DNA of 48,058 nucleotides from Octopus bimaculoides. Its lineage: Eukaryota. The notes beneath the pieces were generated by a model that was not told where the DNA came from, did no database searches, and saw only the letters and a program-made list of their open reading frames with translations. The position numbers and the translations under genes are program-made. Where the stretch lies: positions 71,168,833 to 71,216,890 of the forward strand of contig NC_068986.1 of the NCBI RefSeq assembly GCF_001194135.2, given 5' to 3'. Positions 35,774 to 47,789 of this stretch are shown here, piece by piece; positions within the stretch are counted from its first letter, which is position 1; each line of letters starts with the position of its first letter.

Positions 35774-36838
35774 GTAAGTTAGCCTCTATTAAAATAAACT
35801 TATTCTGTATGGCTTGCAATAAATTCCATAGGATGAAAAATATTTCAAATGAATGATTTATTTCGCGGAAGCGGAAAAAAATTTAGTCGAAATGAAATTC
35901 ATTATTATGCTTGCAGTGAAGTAAACAATTGTAAACACAAATCCAAAAATAATGTGGCATTTTATTTTAAGATAATATTCAGTCCAAATGTTTACATTTT
36001 AAATTTAGGACCACCATTAATTTTGTATAAAAATATATCAGAAATTTAAAAAACACTAAAACATTTTAAAAGTAAAATTGCTTTATTTTTTGATTTTTTT
36101 ATATGGTGTAGCACACAATTAAATCTACGCAGAGTTTTAATTGATCAATTTTATTCAAATATTTGAATTTTGAGTCTATATATAAAATTGATCAATAAAA
36201 AAATCAGCACTGATTTTCCCCGTTAAACACTAACTTTTTCTTGAAATATTGGGGAAAATGAAAATATTCAGAATACATCGATTAAAATTTTATTGCTAAA
36301 GAATGTAGTACCAGCTACATTCTTGGGTAATGATAACTGCAGTTAAAACTTGTTTGAGAACAACACAGCTCTCTTGGCCCAAATTCGCAAAAATAATGCA
36401 ACAGAGTAGAGTCAAAAATGTTATGCAACCTCAATAAAACGTGCCTTATCTTTTAAAATCGAAGCTATAGATGATAAATGCGTGTAGAAATATGAAAGAA
36501 TAATTATAATTTTATGGAATGATTATTTTGAAATATATTCTTGAAACTATTCTGAAATAAATGAACAAAATAAATATCAAAGAGAATATTTTAACTATAA
36601 GGGACATTTCTTTGTTTTCAAATAATTAAATCGACACTCAAAAGCATATTTCTAAAACTATACATAAAATTCCAATAATTTTCGCGATAATCGACGAAAA
36701 AAAAAAGACCGAAAACTGTGTATAGCTGTATAGATGAAATGATAGATTATACAACGTAAACTTTTGCTGTCACAAGTAACGTTATATAAATATATGGACC
36801 GGCAAGCTTAATTTGAAAACATTTTTATTTTCTAACAG

Positions 36839-36931
36839 GAAGTTCCTTATGTAGGAGCCCTTGGTTATTATTTTCTTCAGAATGACAGACGTACCAATTA
36901 CATCATTAAAATCCAAACTCCCAAAAGTCTG
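36839..36931 (+). CDS. iGluR/IR-like exon (end of ATD), absent from the ORF track
   Basis: tttttattttctaacAG|GAA...CTG|GTgagt; phase 0-0; EVPYVGALGYYFLQNDRRTNYIIKIQTPKSL (compare 'G.TG...F...G.R.NY.I'). Confidence 0.88.
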
Positions 36932-37208
36932 GTGAGTAATATATATTTCTCAAATTCAAATACCGTGTATAATGAATATGTATCCCTTTAATAACTTTAG
37001 TCGAAATAAAGTTAAATGATTTTGATAACTTCCAATAAATTCAGTATTATTTTGATCACAAAGACTGAGTTACATTGCTATTAAAGTCATATCTTTATCT
37101 CTGGATCTCAGCACGTATCCAGAGCTACACGAAATAATTCAGCAATCTAGACAAGATGATAATCCAGAAAGCGATTAAATACTTTCACTGATTTTTCTCT
37201 TCCTTTAG

Positions 37209-37325
37209 GTTGGTAGTATTAATGTAACAGACACTGGAGTTTCGGTAGAAGTTCAAAGGCGAGAGAAGAAAGAAGGTATTTCACCTTTTGGAAAAAATGA
37301 AACTCTTCGTATAGTCATGGGTGAG
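37209..37325 (+). CDS. iGluR/IR-like exon (ATD-LBD linker and start of S1), absent from the ORF track
   Basis: ttttctcttcctttAG|GTT...GAG|GTacgt; phase 0-0; VGSINVTDTGVSVEVQRREKKEGISPFGKNETLRIVMGE (compare 'N.TL.V.T'). Confidence 0.9.
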
Positions 37326-37424
37326 GTACGTAGACAATATTAAATTATTCGTGGAATGTAAACCACAGCGCAAAAAAGACGGTTAGTAGTGTTATTTAAA
37401 CAGCTGCATATCAGTTTATTGAAC

Positions 37425-37666
37425 GCGCGTGACCTAGTAGTCAAGGTATTGCACTCACTATCACAAGATTGTGTTTCGGTTCCCAGACTGGACGGTGCAT
37501 TGTGTTCTTGAGCGAAACGCTTCATTGCACGTTGTTTCAACCTGCTCAGTTGTAAATGGGTAACCCTACCATGGACTGTCATTCCGTTCTGGGGGAATGT
37601 TGACCTGCGCACCAAGTCATCAGGGTAGTATCGTTCGAAAGCTACAGTGATGTGAGGAAGCGTATT

Positions 37667-37669
<3 letters not shown>
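37425..37669 (+). mobile_element. tRNA-derived SINE (family C) ending in (CA)n
   Basis: gcgtgacctagtagtcaagg (A-box-like)..gtttcggttccc (B-box-like)..tgtgttcttgagc..aaatggg; CA tail runs into a gap. Confidence 0.55.
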
Positions 37670-37710
<41 letters not shown>

Positions 37711-38452
37711 NNNNNNNNNNNNNNNNNNNNNNNNNNNNNNNNNNNNNNNNNNNNNNNNNNNNNNNNNNNNNNNNNNNNNNNNNNNNNNNNNNNNNNNNNN
37801 NNNNNNNNNNNNNNNNNNNNNNNNNNNNNNNNNNNNNNNNNNNNNNNNNNNNNNNNNNNNNNNNNNNNGAAGCTGTGTGCATCTACGTCTAATGTGTGGA
37901 CGTGCACTTAGATGTCTTGGATACCACTTGCTTTCATGTTTCATTGGCTATATTACACTTGTGAGAGGGAGATTTGGATCCAAATCTATTCTTCTAGTGA
38001 CATAGCATACCACAAATGAATTTTAAATGTATTTTTAACATATTTCTTTTAAGACAGCGGTTTGGAAATAGCTATGGTTTTCACAGTTTTCTCTGCTTCT
38101 TTTTTTTGTGGGGTGGGGGGTGGATTATTGAAATGTTATCTGTAGTTTTAGACGCATGCTTTTAGGTATAAATTTTGAAAACAAAAAAAATTTTCGAATT
38201 TCTAATCTTTTCGCGTATTCCAATATAAATTCGAGAATATATCACGAAGTAATTAATTAAATTACAATTATCCTTTTAGATTTCCACGCGCATTTATGCA
38301 TAATTTTCTTAAAAATTACGCTTATGAAAGTATTTTGTAGCCGTTGATGTTTGAAATCTGTTGTTTTCACATTTGGGCCGAATGGTGTAACTAGTTATTA
38401 TTGCTAGGCGATGTGGCACGAATGAATGTAAGGGGCCTAGCTTTCAGCGATG

Positions 38453-38499
<47 letters not shown>

Positions 38500-39549
38500 A
38501 TAATAATAAGAATTAAATATTAAACCAAATCGAAAAAACTGATGGCGTTGAAGAATTGCTCTTTTTCGTATATGAATGATGTATGATGTAATAGAAATAT
38601 TTACAGTTTCGACAGTTCTGATGCCACGTGTAAATGCGACCATCGAAACAGAGTTCCTATCAATATGTGAACCCTCATAATCACAAATAATTCAAATGAA
38701 AACCGCACCATTCAACCTAATGTTACTAATCAGATAATGTGTACTCTGAATCCATTGCACAGAAAGTAGAAAATATCAGTCGTGCAAATCTCAACGGAGA
38801 TAAAAAAAAAGGATGATACAGTTCAAATAAAGAACAGAATTCACTCCTCAGCGGAAGCTTCTTGCAGGGCTTTTCATTTTAGACACGTCAAAGGAGAGAT
38901 GCCAGACTAATGTGGACCACCATTCACAGGGTTAAAATGGGTTTGCGTAGGGTCAATACACTTACCTAGAAAAAGAGTGAACTTGCAAAACCATCGACGA
39001 CAATTCAAAGCTAACATATAATGAATAAAGAGTTGTCGACGGCCTATGATCAATAGAATCGAAATGCTTGAGTAAATATTAATACCTAGAGAACAAAAAT
39101 ACTAGGATATATTCGTATAAAATTATGAGTGAAAATAGGCCAGATGTAGATAAGTAGGTGGACCTCCATAAGCTTTCATTAGAATAAATATACATTCTGA
39201 AAAAAAAAATCAAAGCTAAAAATAAAAGAATAAAAAGAAAGAACACAGTATGAAAACACAAGAAACGATCACTATGCATAACACTGTGAATGTAAACCAT
39301 GCAGCTATAACTAATATGTGTAACGCAAAGGAGATAATAGCGAAATATGAAAATTTCAAACCCTAAAGATACATATTACTAACAAAATAAAAACCAAATC
39401 AGATCAGTACCGACAAAAGTCTAGGTAAAATGAAATATGAAGACACTTTTAAAATAGGAAGATATAAAGGTGGAAATATTGACTATGACGTCTTAAAGCT
39501 GAATATAATTAAAAAACATATGAACCACAATTCTCCCTTTAGACAATGA

Positions 39550-41700
39550 AAGTACCTCAAAGAAAAAACGACGATAAAGTAACAACAAAATTTTAAAAAA
39601 TAGAAACTTGACTATCACAGACTTAATTGAAATAGAAAACAGATACAAACATCAACATCATCTCTGAAATGAGCTAACACATGCAATAGTCACTGTGGTT
39701 ACAAAGGAAAGTGTGTGTTCTCTTTAGATCCACTAAAATGGGAATATCAAAACCCAAGTAAACAACATGGAAAACAAACATTCAGAAAAGACAGAAAATA
39801 AGAGAAACGACCACTGAATCATTAATGAAATCAGTGATAAAATAACTGAGGAATGAAAGACAAATACTTCAGAAATATAGCGAAAGGAAAAAAAGCAAAA
39901 AGAATCTAGAATCAAAGAGCTGCTAAAAGAAGAAACTTTCGCTAAATTATAAAGAACTAGTTGGAATGTAAAACGCCAACAGCTAGCAGAAAAAATAAAT
40001 ATTTTGATTCCAACACATAAAACTATTTTATCAAGTACTTGGTAAAAATATAATAGAAGTCAATGCAACACCACTTGCAATATGGTACGGCATTGGCGAT
40101 TCCTTTTCTACTCTTGCTTTCGGGGAATTGTAAGTGTTAAAAAGGAATATCTACGGAAAATATTGCTAAAACAACGAACACAACATCTGAACAAAAACGA
40201 GTAATACGACAAAAAAACCCCCAAAAAAACCACAGAAAAGGATGGCACCAGGGCATGATAAAATCTGAAACATCTGGTTAAAATATTTAATAGGGAAGCA
40301 TAAGGTGCTAGTAGAGAAGTTTAATGAGATGTTAATGGAGCTAGAGAATATTTAATTGGTTCACTGAAGGGAAATGGCATTGCAATCTCCAAGGCTGCAG
40401 CAACTATAAACCCATAAAATTGAAGAACCACAATATACCTCCCTATACCTTACGAAACCTTAACAGTCATATTATTTCTGAGAAGGAAGAAAAATACCTG
40501 TTTCAAGAAAAATAGTAAAGGCTCATATGGCTGTAAATATACATTACTGATCAACAAAGCTATAGCCAAACATTTCCGAAATAAGAAAATGGATTTATAA
40601 TACTAGTCATGAGTTAAGTAGTACCGATAAGAAGATACATGAAACATGCCACGACTATATAATAGTTTTGCGGAGAATTGCAGAGAATAAACCCATCTCC
40701 ATTTAAAGAATATTCGAAAGCCGTTCTGTTTGTCCATCCATTTTCTGTCTGGTATTGACTTTTTAAACCGACATGTTAAACAGAATTGGACTTCGATTCA
40801 AATGCTATGTTATGATAAGCAACCTTCTTTTAGATGATATCAAGTTGTAAACTGCAAATGATAAATAATTAGAAACGCTACTGCAGAGTGTACACATATT
40901 TACTAACGAGATTCGTTTCGAAAAACATCAAAGTAACATTAGAAAGAAACACAATTTAAGATCACATACCATACTCGATAAAGAAACTGAGATAAGAGAT
41001 TTACACGAAATGTAGACATGCAAATACTTAAGAACCAATAAAGTAGGCAGTGTACTACGCGCACGGAAGAAAGTAAATGTCAAGAAGTAGTAATGTAAAT
41101 GTTTCGGATAAGTACTTAAAATAGAACTAAATGCAAAAATTAAGGTAATCGGCATCCATACTCATAATATCTTAGTAGCTTACAGCTGTAATATTCTCTG
41201 TTGGACGCTGTACAAAATGTCAAGACTTCATAGGTTGACAAAAAAGAAAGAATTCAGCCACATACTTGCATATGAAATAATAAAAAAAGAGTCAACGTAC
41301 ACATGCCGGGAAAAATCTTTGAGAGAGGCGTAGCAATCATACTCTGGGATATTCCAATGCAAACAGATAGGGATGTCTGGGAAAATCGACCAGATATTGT
41401 TGTCAAGGACCACTAGGAAATGAAATGCCTCTTAACTACTACATTATTCCCGACAGATGATAACGTATCTCTAGACGAGATAGACAGTCATTTAAATAGT
41501 AAGATTTGGAAATAAAGATAACCCGAATATGATATATGAAAAACAGTAACAAAAATAGTAGTAAGCATATGTGCTTTGGGAATAATCAGAAAACATGCAA
41601 ATAAATTTGTGGTTAATGTATTTGGCTTGCAAGATTCTTCATGGGAACTAGTGGCTAGATTCAGATATTGCATCTCAGGAGTGGGGAAGTTATGCCAATA
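39550..41700 (+). mobile_element. Old, heavily decayed R4/Dong-like LINE (RT + restriction-like endonuclease)
   Basis: Fragments FYQVLGKNIIEVN, LKIELNAKIKVIGI and ILWDIPMQTDR..NRPDIVVKDH; many stops and frameshifts; boundaries approximate. Confidence 0.7.
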
Positions 41701-41748
41701 CTAAAGCACATATTAGTTCTTTTTCACTTTTATTTTTATTAGTCAAGT

Positions 41749-41941
41749 GGTTAATCATTTAACCAATTAACTAATCGATTGTTCGATTAATCAAACAATC
41801 TCTTCTTCAGGTCTGAGGGCATATGTCATTGACAGGGTCGTGAATGCTGACAAAAAGACGTTAACAAAACCAACTGATTGACTGATTAACCGAACGATTA
41901 ATTAAACAATATCGATTAGTTAATTGATTAAATGGTTAACC
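41749..41941. repeat. Small foldback/MITE-like element, about 31-bp TIRs
   Basis: GGTTAATCATTTAACCAATTAACTAATCGAT vs ATCGATTAGTTAATTGATTAAATGGTTAACC (2 mismatches); followed directly by (AAT)n. Confidence 0.7.
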
Positions 41942-41993
<52 letters not shown>

Positions 41994-42008
41994 TTAATAA
42001 TAATAATA
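41942..42008. repeat. (AAT)n microsatellite between two R4/Dong-like segments
   Basis: Direct inspection. Confidence 0.95.
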
Positions 42009-42054
42009 AGACATGCTAAATAAAACTGGATGCGGATACAAATGTTACAGCAAA

Positions 42055-42570
42055 ACAATCAGCCACCGTTTATATATGGATGAGCTAAAACTATACACTA
42101 TAAATGATAAACAGCTGGAAACACTACTACAGAGAGTACATGGATTCACCAAAGAAATAGATATGAAATTTGGATTAGAAAAATGTGCCAAAGCAACCCT
42201 GAAAAGAGGAAAACTAGTTAAGAGTAGGAACATCACACTAGATAAAGCCAATGAAATAAGAGAATTAGACCAAAACCAGACATACAAATATTTAGGAATC
42301 AATGAACTTGATAGGATACAACACACATAAATGAAAGAGAAAATAAAGAAAGAATACTATAGACCAGTTAGATCAATACTGAAAACAGAGCTCAATGCTA
42401 AAAACAACATAATAGGTATTAACACTTTAGCCGTCCCAGTTATAAGTTACAGCTACAATATCCATAACTGGACACTAAATGAACTAACGAAAATAGACAG
42501 GAAAACAAGAAAAATAGTGGCAGGATCTAGGATGCACCACCCAAAATCTGACAAAGAAAGGCTATATATA
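42055..42570 (+). mobile_element. R4/Dong-like LINE RT fragment immediately downstream of (AAT)n
   Basis: ISHRLYMDELKLY..FGLEKCAKATLKRGK..YKYLGI..KEYYR.VRSILKTELNAKN.I.GINTLAVPVISYSY..W...EL.KIDRKTRK..MHHPKSD.ERLY; single stop at 42328-42330. Confidence 0.9.
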
Positions 42571-42658
42571 TATACAACGTATACACACACGCACACGCAC
42601 ACACACACACACACACACACGCACACACACACACATAAAGACACACACACATACCACA

Positions 42659-42795
42659 GGCTTCTTTCAGTTTCTGTCTACCAAATCCATTCACAAGACT
42701 TTAGTCGGCCCGGGGTTATAGTAGTAGACATTTGCCCAAGGCACCACGCTGTGGGACTGAGCCCGGAACCATGTGGTAAGGAAGCAAGCTTCTTA
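42659..42795 (-). mobile_element. SINE family A, 5' half
   Basis: ggcttctttcagtttctgtctaccaaatccattcacaag..gggactgagcccggaaccatgtggt..gcaagcttctta. Confidence 0.8.
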
Positions 42796-42896
42796 TTTCT
42801 TTATTGTCCACAAGGGCTAAACATAGAGGGGACAAACAAGGACAGACAAAGAGACTAAGTCGATTACATCGACCCCAGTGCGTAACTGGTACTTAA
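42795..42896 (-). mobile_element. SINE family B-type 3' end
   Basis: Reverse complement reads taagtaccagttacgcactggggtcgatgtaatcgac..., resembling the distal part of the 9257 element. Confidence 0.55.
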
Positions 42897-43049
42897 ATTG
42901 TACAGTATTTACAGGTTGTACATGTAGTAAGGTTGTACAGTAAGGTTGTTGTACAGTATATACAACTACAGTTGTACAGTAGTAAGGTTGTTGTACAGTA
43001 TATGGATATGTTATGGGTAACTGTGATTAGGAAGTGATCAGTGGATCCG

Positions 43050-44200
43050 GACGTTTCAGAAACAAAGTTTGGTAAAAGGTTGGTGTGAATGGAGAAAGAA
43101 ATCCAAATTGTTTCAGGCGTTAGTGTCTCGCTAGTGTATACAACTATTGCAAACTGCTGAGAATAGAATACATCAGTACGCCGATGTGTGAAGTGTATGA
43201 GAACCAAGGCTCGTGTGAAGTGGAGTCGCTGATGACAAACACTTCAGGATGGAGTGATGTGAAATAGTTTTCCTTGGTTCAGGATGTGAGATGTGGCTAG
43301 ATATAGGAATTTAGGGAGTTGAAGAATCAGAATATTACAGGCATCCTCTGCGTTACGGAAGTGTTACTCTCTTAAAAATCTTACCGTAACATGGAGTTCT
43401 GTAACGTATTTCCTATTAATTTCGTGTTTAATAACGTCAATAGAAGGCAATGAGAATATAGGTTTCGTGTTACAAAAGCCCACATTATGACAAAGTTTTT
43501 CTGGAGCACAACACCACCGCAATGCAGAAAATACATGTATTTTAAGAGTACGAGATGAAGCAGAGAGACTGATCTAAAGTTGCTGGGAGATTGATATCTA
43601 GATGAAATAGGTAAATGGTGGGATGAGTAGATTCAACATACGCGGAGACACTTCCTTTCAACGTGAAATTGGAATAATGAATGCAACAGGAACAACTGGG
43701 TGATTGGCTATATATAACGAAAGGATTGAGGGTTTCAAGCCTCAGATGGAAACAAGACACGTTAAACGCTTATTAGAATGATGGGAGGTTTCTAGGTTGA
43801 ATCGAAGTATACGTATTTTGGTATGTAGGCAGGAAAGGAATATCTAATAGATGGCTTCCATTGTTCTGCTAGCGTTTTAGTTTTGGTGGAAGAGGAAGAA
43901 AAGGAAACCACTTCATCGACCTTTATAAATAACCTTGTATGGTGTCAGTGATCTTGAGTGGCTTTCAGGAAATATTGCGTTAGCGAGGGAATCAGTCATG
44001 AGCTCTGGAAGAAGAGGATATGAATTAATGGCAGCTGGTAGATCAACAATTCAGGACATTATCCACCAAGTCTGGCCTCTTTTCTTTCTGGTATTCCAAC
44101 TTCTCGTTAAAGTACTCATAAAGAGGAAACAATCAACCGACAAACCAACAAGTTACGAGAAAGAAAAACAATATTGATTTACCAAATCTTTGAAAGCAGT
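43050..44200 (-). mobile_element. Possible very old Penelope-like remnant
   Basis: Weak minus-strand resemblances (CNSC..YTSET; SVSAYVESTHPTIYL; YPLLPEL) to GIY-YIG and RT motifs in the expected order; not decisive by eye. Confidence 0.35.
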
Positions 44201-44729
44201 TTATAACGCTATGAAATCTTTATTCGCAAATAAGTTTATTGCTCATCTAAAAGGTAATAACTTATTGTCTCAGAAGGGACTATATATGTATAAAATGAGC
44301 TGTTGGTAAATGGCACAGATTTTGAAGGTTGTAGAAAAACAAATTAAACCTGTGCAAGAACAAATTGATTGTTGAACGGCCTTTCGTTAATACCATATAT
44401 TGGAATTGGAATTATGAGAGAGTGTCTAAATTCTGTTTAACCTAATAAACTAGTAAGTATGATACGAGCCATCATGAAAAAGTAATTGAGGGGGCAAAAA
44501 AGTTCTTAGAAGGAAGCAACAAATAGAACTTGAACAAAACAGAAAAAAAACAACAATATAATGTTTCATCTCTACATTAGAAATCAATAGGGTACACATC
44601 ATATGCTCATTAAAAGAGGTGAAATAACAGCAGAACAACAAAAACAGCAATAACAGCAGAACAACAACAACGGCAATAACAGCAACAAGAATAACAACAA
44701 CAACATATATACATATATACATATGTATA

Positions 44730-44891
44730 GGTGCAGGAGTCGCTGTGTGGTAAGAAGCTTGCTTCTCAACCACATGGTTCCCGGTTCAGTCCCACTGTGT
44801 GGTACCGTGAACAAATGTCTTCTACTATAGCTTCAGGCCGACCAAAGCCTTGTGAGTGGATTTTGTGGACGGAAACTTAAAGAAGCCTGTC

Positions 44892-44931
<40 letters not shown>

Positions 44932-45130
44932 TTGTGTGTCTGTGTTTCCCCGCCCCTATCGCTTGACAACCGATGTTGGTGTGTTTACATCACCGTAACT
45001 TAGCGTTTCGGCAAAAGAACTGGATAAAATAAGTACTAGGCTTACAAAGGATAAGTCCTGGGGTCGATTTGTTCGACTAAAGGCAGTGCTCCAGCATGGC
45101 CGTAGTCAAATGACTGAAACAAGTAAAAGA
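44730..45130 (+). mobile_element. Full-length tRNA-derived SINE (family A) with an internal (TA)n tract
   Basis: Head GGTGCAGGAGTCGCTGTGTGGTAAGAAG..GGTTCAGTCCC (A/B-box-like), central (TA)n, tail ...CAAATGACTGAAACAAGTAAAAGA; segments recur in at least six other places in the window. Confidence 0.85.
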
Positions 45131-45215
45131 ATATATATACATACACCTACAAACACACACACAGACGTATTCACACACGTACGCGTACACACTGACACAC
45201 ACAGACACACACTCT

Positions 45216-45264
<49 letters not shown>

Positions 45265-45765
45265 ACGCAAGCACACTCACATATAATCGAAGAAAATCTT
45301 CAAATAAATAATAAAATATTCTGTTCTTTATAACCTGCAAAACTGGACTAAGTGATCCGATATGAAAATCGAGAACACCTTAAGAGCAAATAAATATAGT
45401 TGCACAAGTTATAAAAATGCCTAGTTACAAAAAGAAACGTACATAAATAAAGCTAGTGCTTCTTTCAGATTATGCCAACAACATATTCAAATAGCTGAAC
45501 ATATCATTTTCCGCATTGAAAACCATGAAATGCAGAATATATCCAATAACTTGATCGTGTATTCAACTATTTCTATTAGACACTATGCTGGCGCCTACGT
45601 ATAAAAACTTAAAATACATGTCGCAAACACGCACCAAGTCCTGTATAAAACATTAATCTGGAATGTGTTTGTCCTGACTGAGAAGGAGATAAACGTAAAC
45701 TGGTGATATATTATTTGAAATCATGAAAAAAATATTGTCTTGCTTCAGTAACGGTGGTCATCCGC

Positions 45766-45995
45766 CATCATCATCATCAATTTGACATCCACTTTTCCAT
45801 GTTTGCATGTGTCAGAAAGAGTTTACTGAGGGAGATTTTTTTATATGGCCGGAAACCCTTCCGGTTGCCAACCCTCACCTGTTTGCAAGCAAGGTAATAT
45901 TTCCCTACAGGCAGACATGTCCTCGTACAAGATTTGAAATGTATGACATTGACAATTTTACAACTAGCACACGATGCTAAAACAAGGAAACAACA
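45766..45995 (-). mobile_element. SINE or LINE tail with an RTE-like 3' end and (GAT)n terminus
   Basis: catcatcatcatc..ccacttttccatg..cccttcc..gccaaccc pattern is typical of reversed RTE-type 3' tails; judged from recalled resemblance only. Confidence 0.5.
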
Positions 45996-46011
45996 TACGC
46001 ACATATGCACA

Positions 46012-46292
46012 CATGGGTAGGCTGAAAAGTTCGAAGACAGACTATGAAGGAATAATCCTAGAGCTGTGAAATCTTGTTTGCTTTATTTTCAACTGTTCTT
46101 ATTAATAACTGCATTGTTTCTTTCCAAGGAAAATTACATACGACTGTTGAAAGAAGACTTCAAAGAAACTAGTAGCGACTTCTCTTGATAATGGACAAAA
46201 GTTAGCATCATGATGTTATCAAAGTACCTGCAGAAAAAAAGTTTAGCTCCCAAGGTCATACATGCCGATTTGGTTGACGCTCTAGCGGGCAC
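46012..46292 (+). mobile_element. Mariner transposon 5' fragment (TIR region + transposase N-terminus)
   Basis: GGGTAGGCTGAAAAGTTC mariner-type TIR start; decayed MDK...VIK-YLQKK.LAPK.IHADLV, matching the mariner N-terminal HTH. Confidence 0.7.
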
Positions 46293-46370
46293 CTAAATTT
46301 AGGAGAGGAGTGGAGAGTTTTATATNNNNNNNNNNGCATGTATGTGTGTGTGTACGTCTGTATATAGGGG

Positions 46371-46532
46371 GCTTCATTTCAGCTTCCGTCTTTCACATCC
46401 GCTCACAAAGGTTGGATCGACCCGGGACCGGCCAAAGATACTTGCCCAAGGTGCCAAGCAGTGAGACTGAACCCAAACCCAGGACCATGTGGTTGGAAGG
46501 AAAGCTTCCCTCTGAACAGTCACGCCTTCGCC
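46371..46532 (-). mobile_element. SINE family A, 5' half (diverged)
   Basis: gcttcatttcagcttccgtct..atacttgcccaaggtgcc..gactgaaccc..accatgtggttgg. Confidence 0.7.
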
Positions 46533-46779
46533 CATACACATGCATCGATATAAATGCTATTTAAATATGTTATTAAAACTGGAGGTGTGGATCTTTGGAA
46601 GCATGGTTTCTTTGAATGTAGTTTGTTACATGATTTCGACTTTTATAGTAGAACTTATTTTTATGAACACATACCATGCTATGTAGTCCACAAGTAGAAC
46701 ATTACATTCTTCATTATTGATAAATAAAAAGATACTTTTTCTCAAAAGTGCATTGCTATAAAATCATCTATACTTTCAG

Positions 46780-46971
46780 GCTTTGCCGTTTATCAAGTAC
46801 GACTCAAACACAAAGAAATTTAGTGGATTTTGTTACGATATACTTCAAAAGCTTTCCACTATTTTAAACTTTAAATACGAAATTCAATTTGTGAATGGAG
46901 ACGAAGAAAATCAACTAAGCTATAACGCAAATCCATCTGTAGATTTCCTAATTGACCAACTTGTATCAGGG
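46780..46971 (+). CDS. iGluR/IR-like exon (ligand-binding segment S1); gene continues beyond the window
   Basis: tactttcAG|GCT...GGG|GTaagt; phase 0-0; ALPFIKYDSNTKKFSGFCYDILQKLSTILNFKYEIQFVNGDEENQLSYNANPSVDFLIDQLVSG contains the 'P(F/Y)...GFC.D.L..L...L.F.Y.I' iGluR S1 signature. Confidence 0.95.
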
Positions 46972-47725
46972 GTAAGTTTGTTTTGAATTTTGAATGTAGT
47001 TAATAAACATGAATCATTGTTGTGACAATAATCATATATATTACGTACTTTTATTTCCTTACATACATAAATGAATACGAACGCAAATAAACTGGCAAAA
47101 AATACATGCTCATACGATGTTACTAGTTATTTGCTATACGATTATTTTTAGGTACTGTTGGAATTGCACGCATTAATTGTTTGAATATTTCACTAATAAC
47201 ATACTAAATATACCTATTGGATAACATATAAAGGAAGTGTCATTCGGTATAGCATTACAATTATCTACTACTGTTTCAAAAATTGGTGTGATGCATGCAG
47301 AAGGCATTGTTGTTCCTATTTTTATCTTCATTTCAATCAACACGAAATGTTTGGTACTCATGAAGCATCGTCGGTTACTTTTTAGTATGGAGGAAAGTGT
47401 AGTACTCTTGACTTTTCACAGAACCTGTAAGGTTGGTGAGAGGGATGGAGGAAGGTAACCCCAAAACAGCGGCCTCACCCAAATGTTTGCAATAGGGCGG
47501 ATTCCGTTAAACGCACCCAAGGTTTATGTGATGGCATTACACCGGTTGACGTATCTAGTCGACAAGTCGAGGTGTCTATATGGTTGACTCTTGTTCATGC
47601 TATGCTGTTCCATGTCATTGTTATTTTGGGGTGCTATATCTATAATTTTGGCGCTATATCTATAATTTTAATGTTGTAGTGTTTGCATTCACTACTAAGT
47701 TGATAGCCACCATCACCACTACCAC

Positions 47726-47727
<2 letters not shown>

Positions 47728-47788
<61 letters not shown>
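47728..47788. repeat. (ATT)n microsatellite at the R4/Dong 3' junction
   Basis: Direct inspection. Confidence 0.95.

Positions 47789-47789
<1 letters not shown>

Noticed and set aside
43229-43270. CTGATGA...GAAA with a partial hairpin
   Set aside because: No stem II closing pair, no stem I complement and no clear NUH site.
47150-47460. Candidate next receptor exons after AG at about 47150 and 47420
   Set aside because: In-phase translation hits stops quickly and lacks the expected 'AD.A...L.IT..R' motif; the next exon lies beyond the window.
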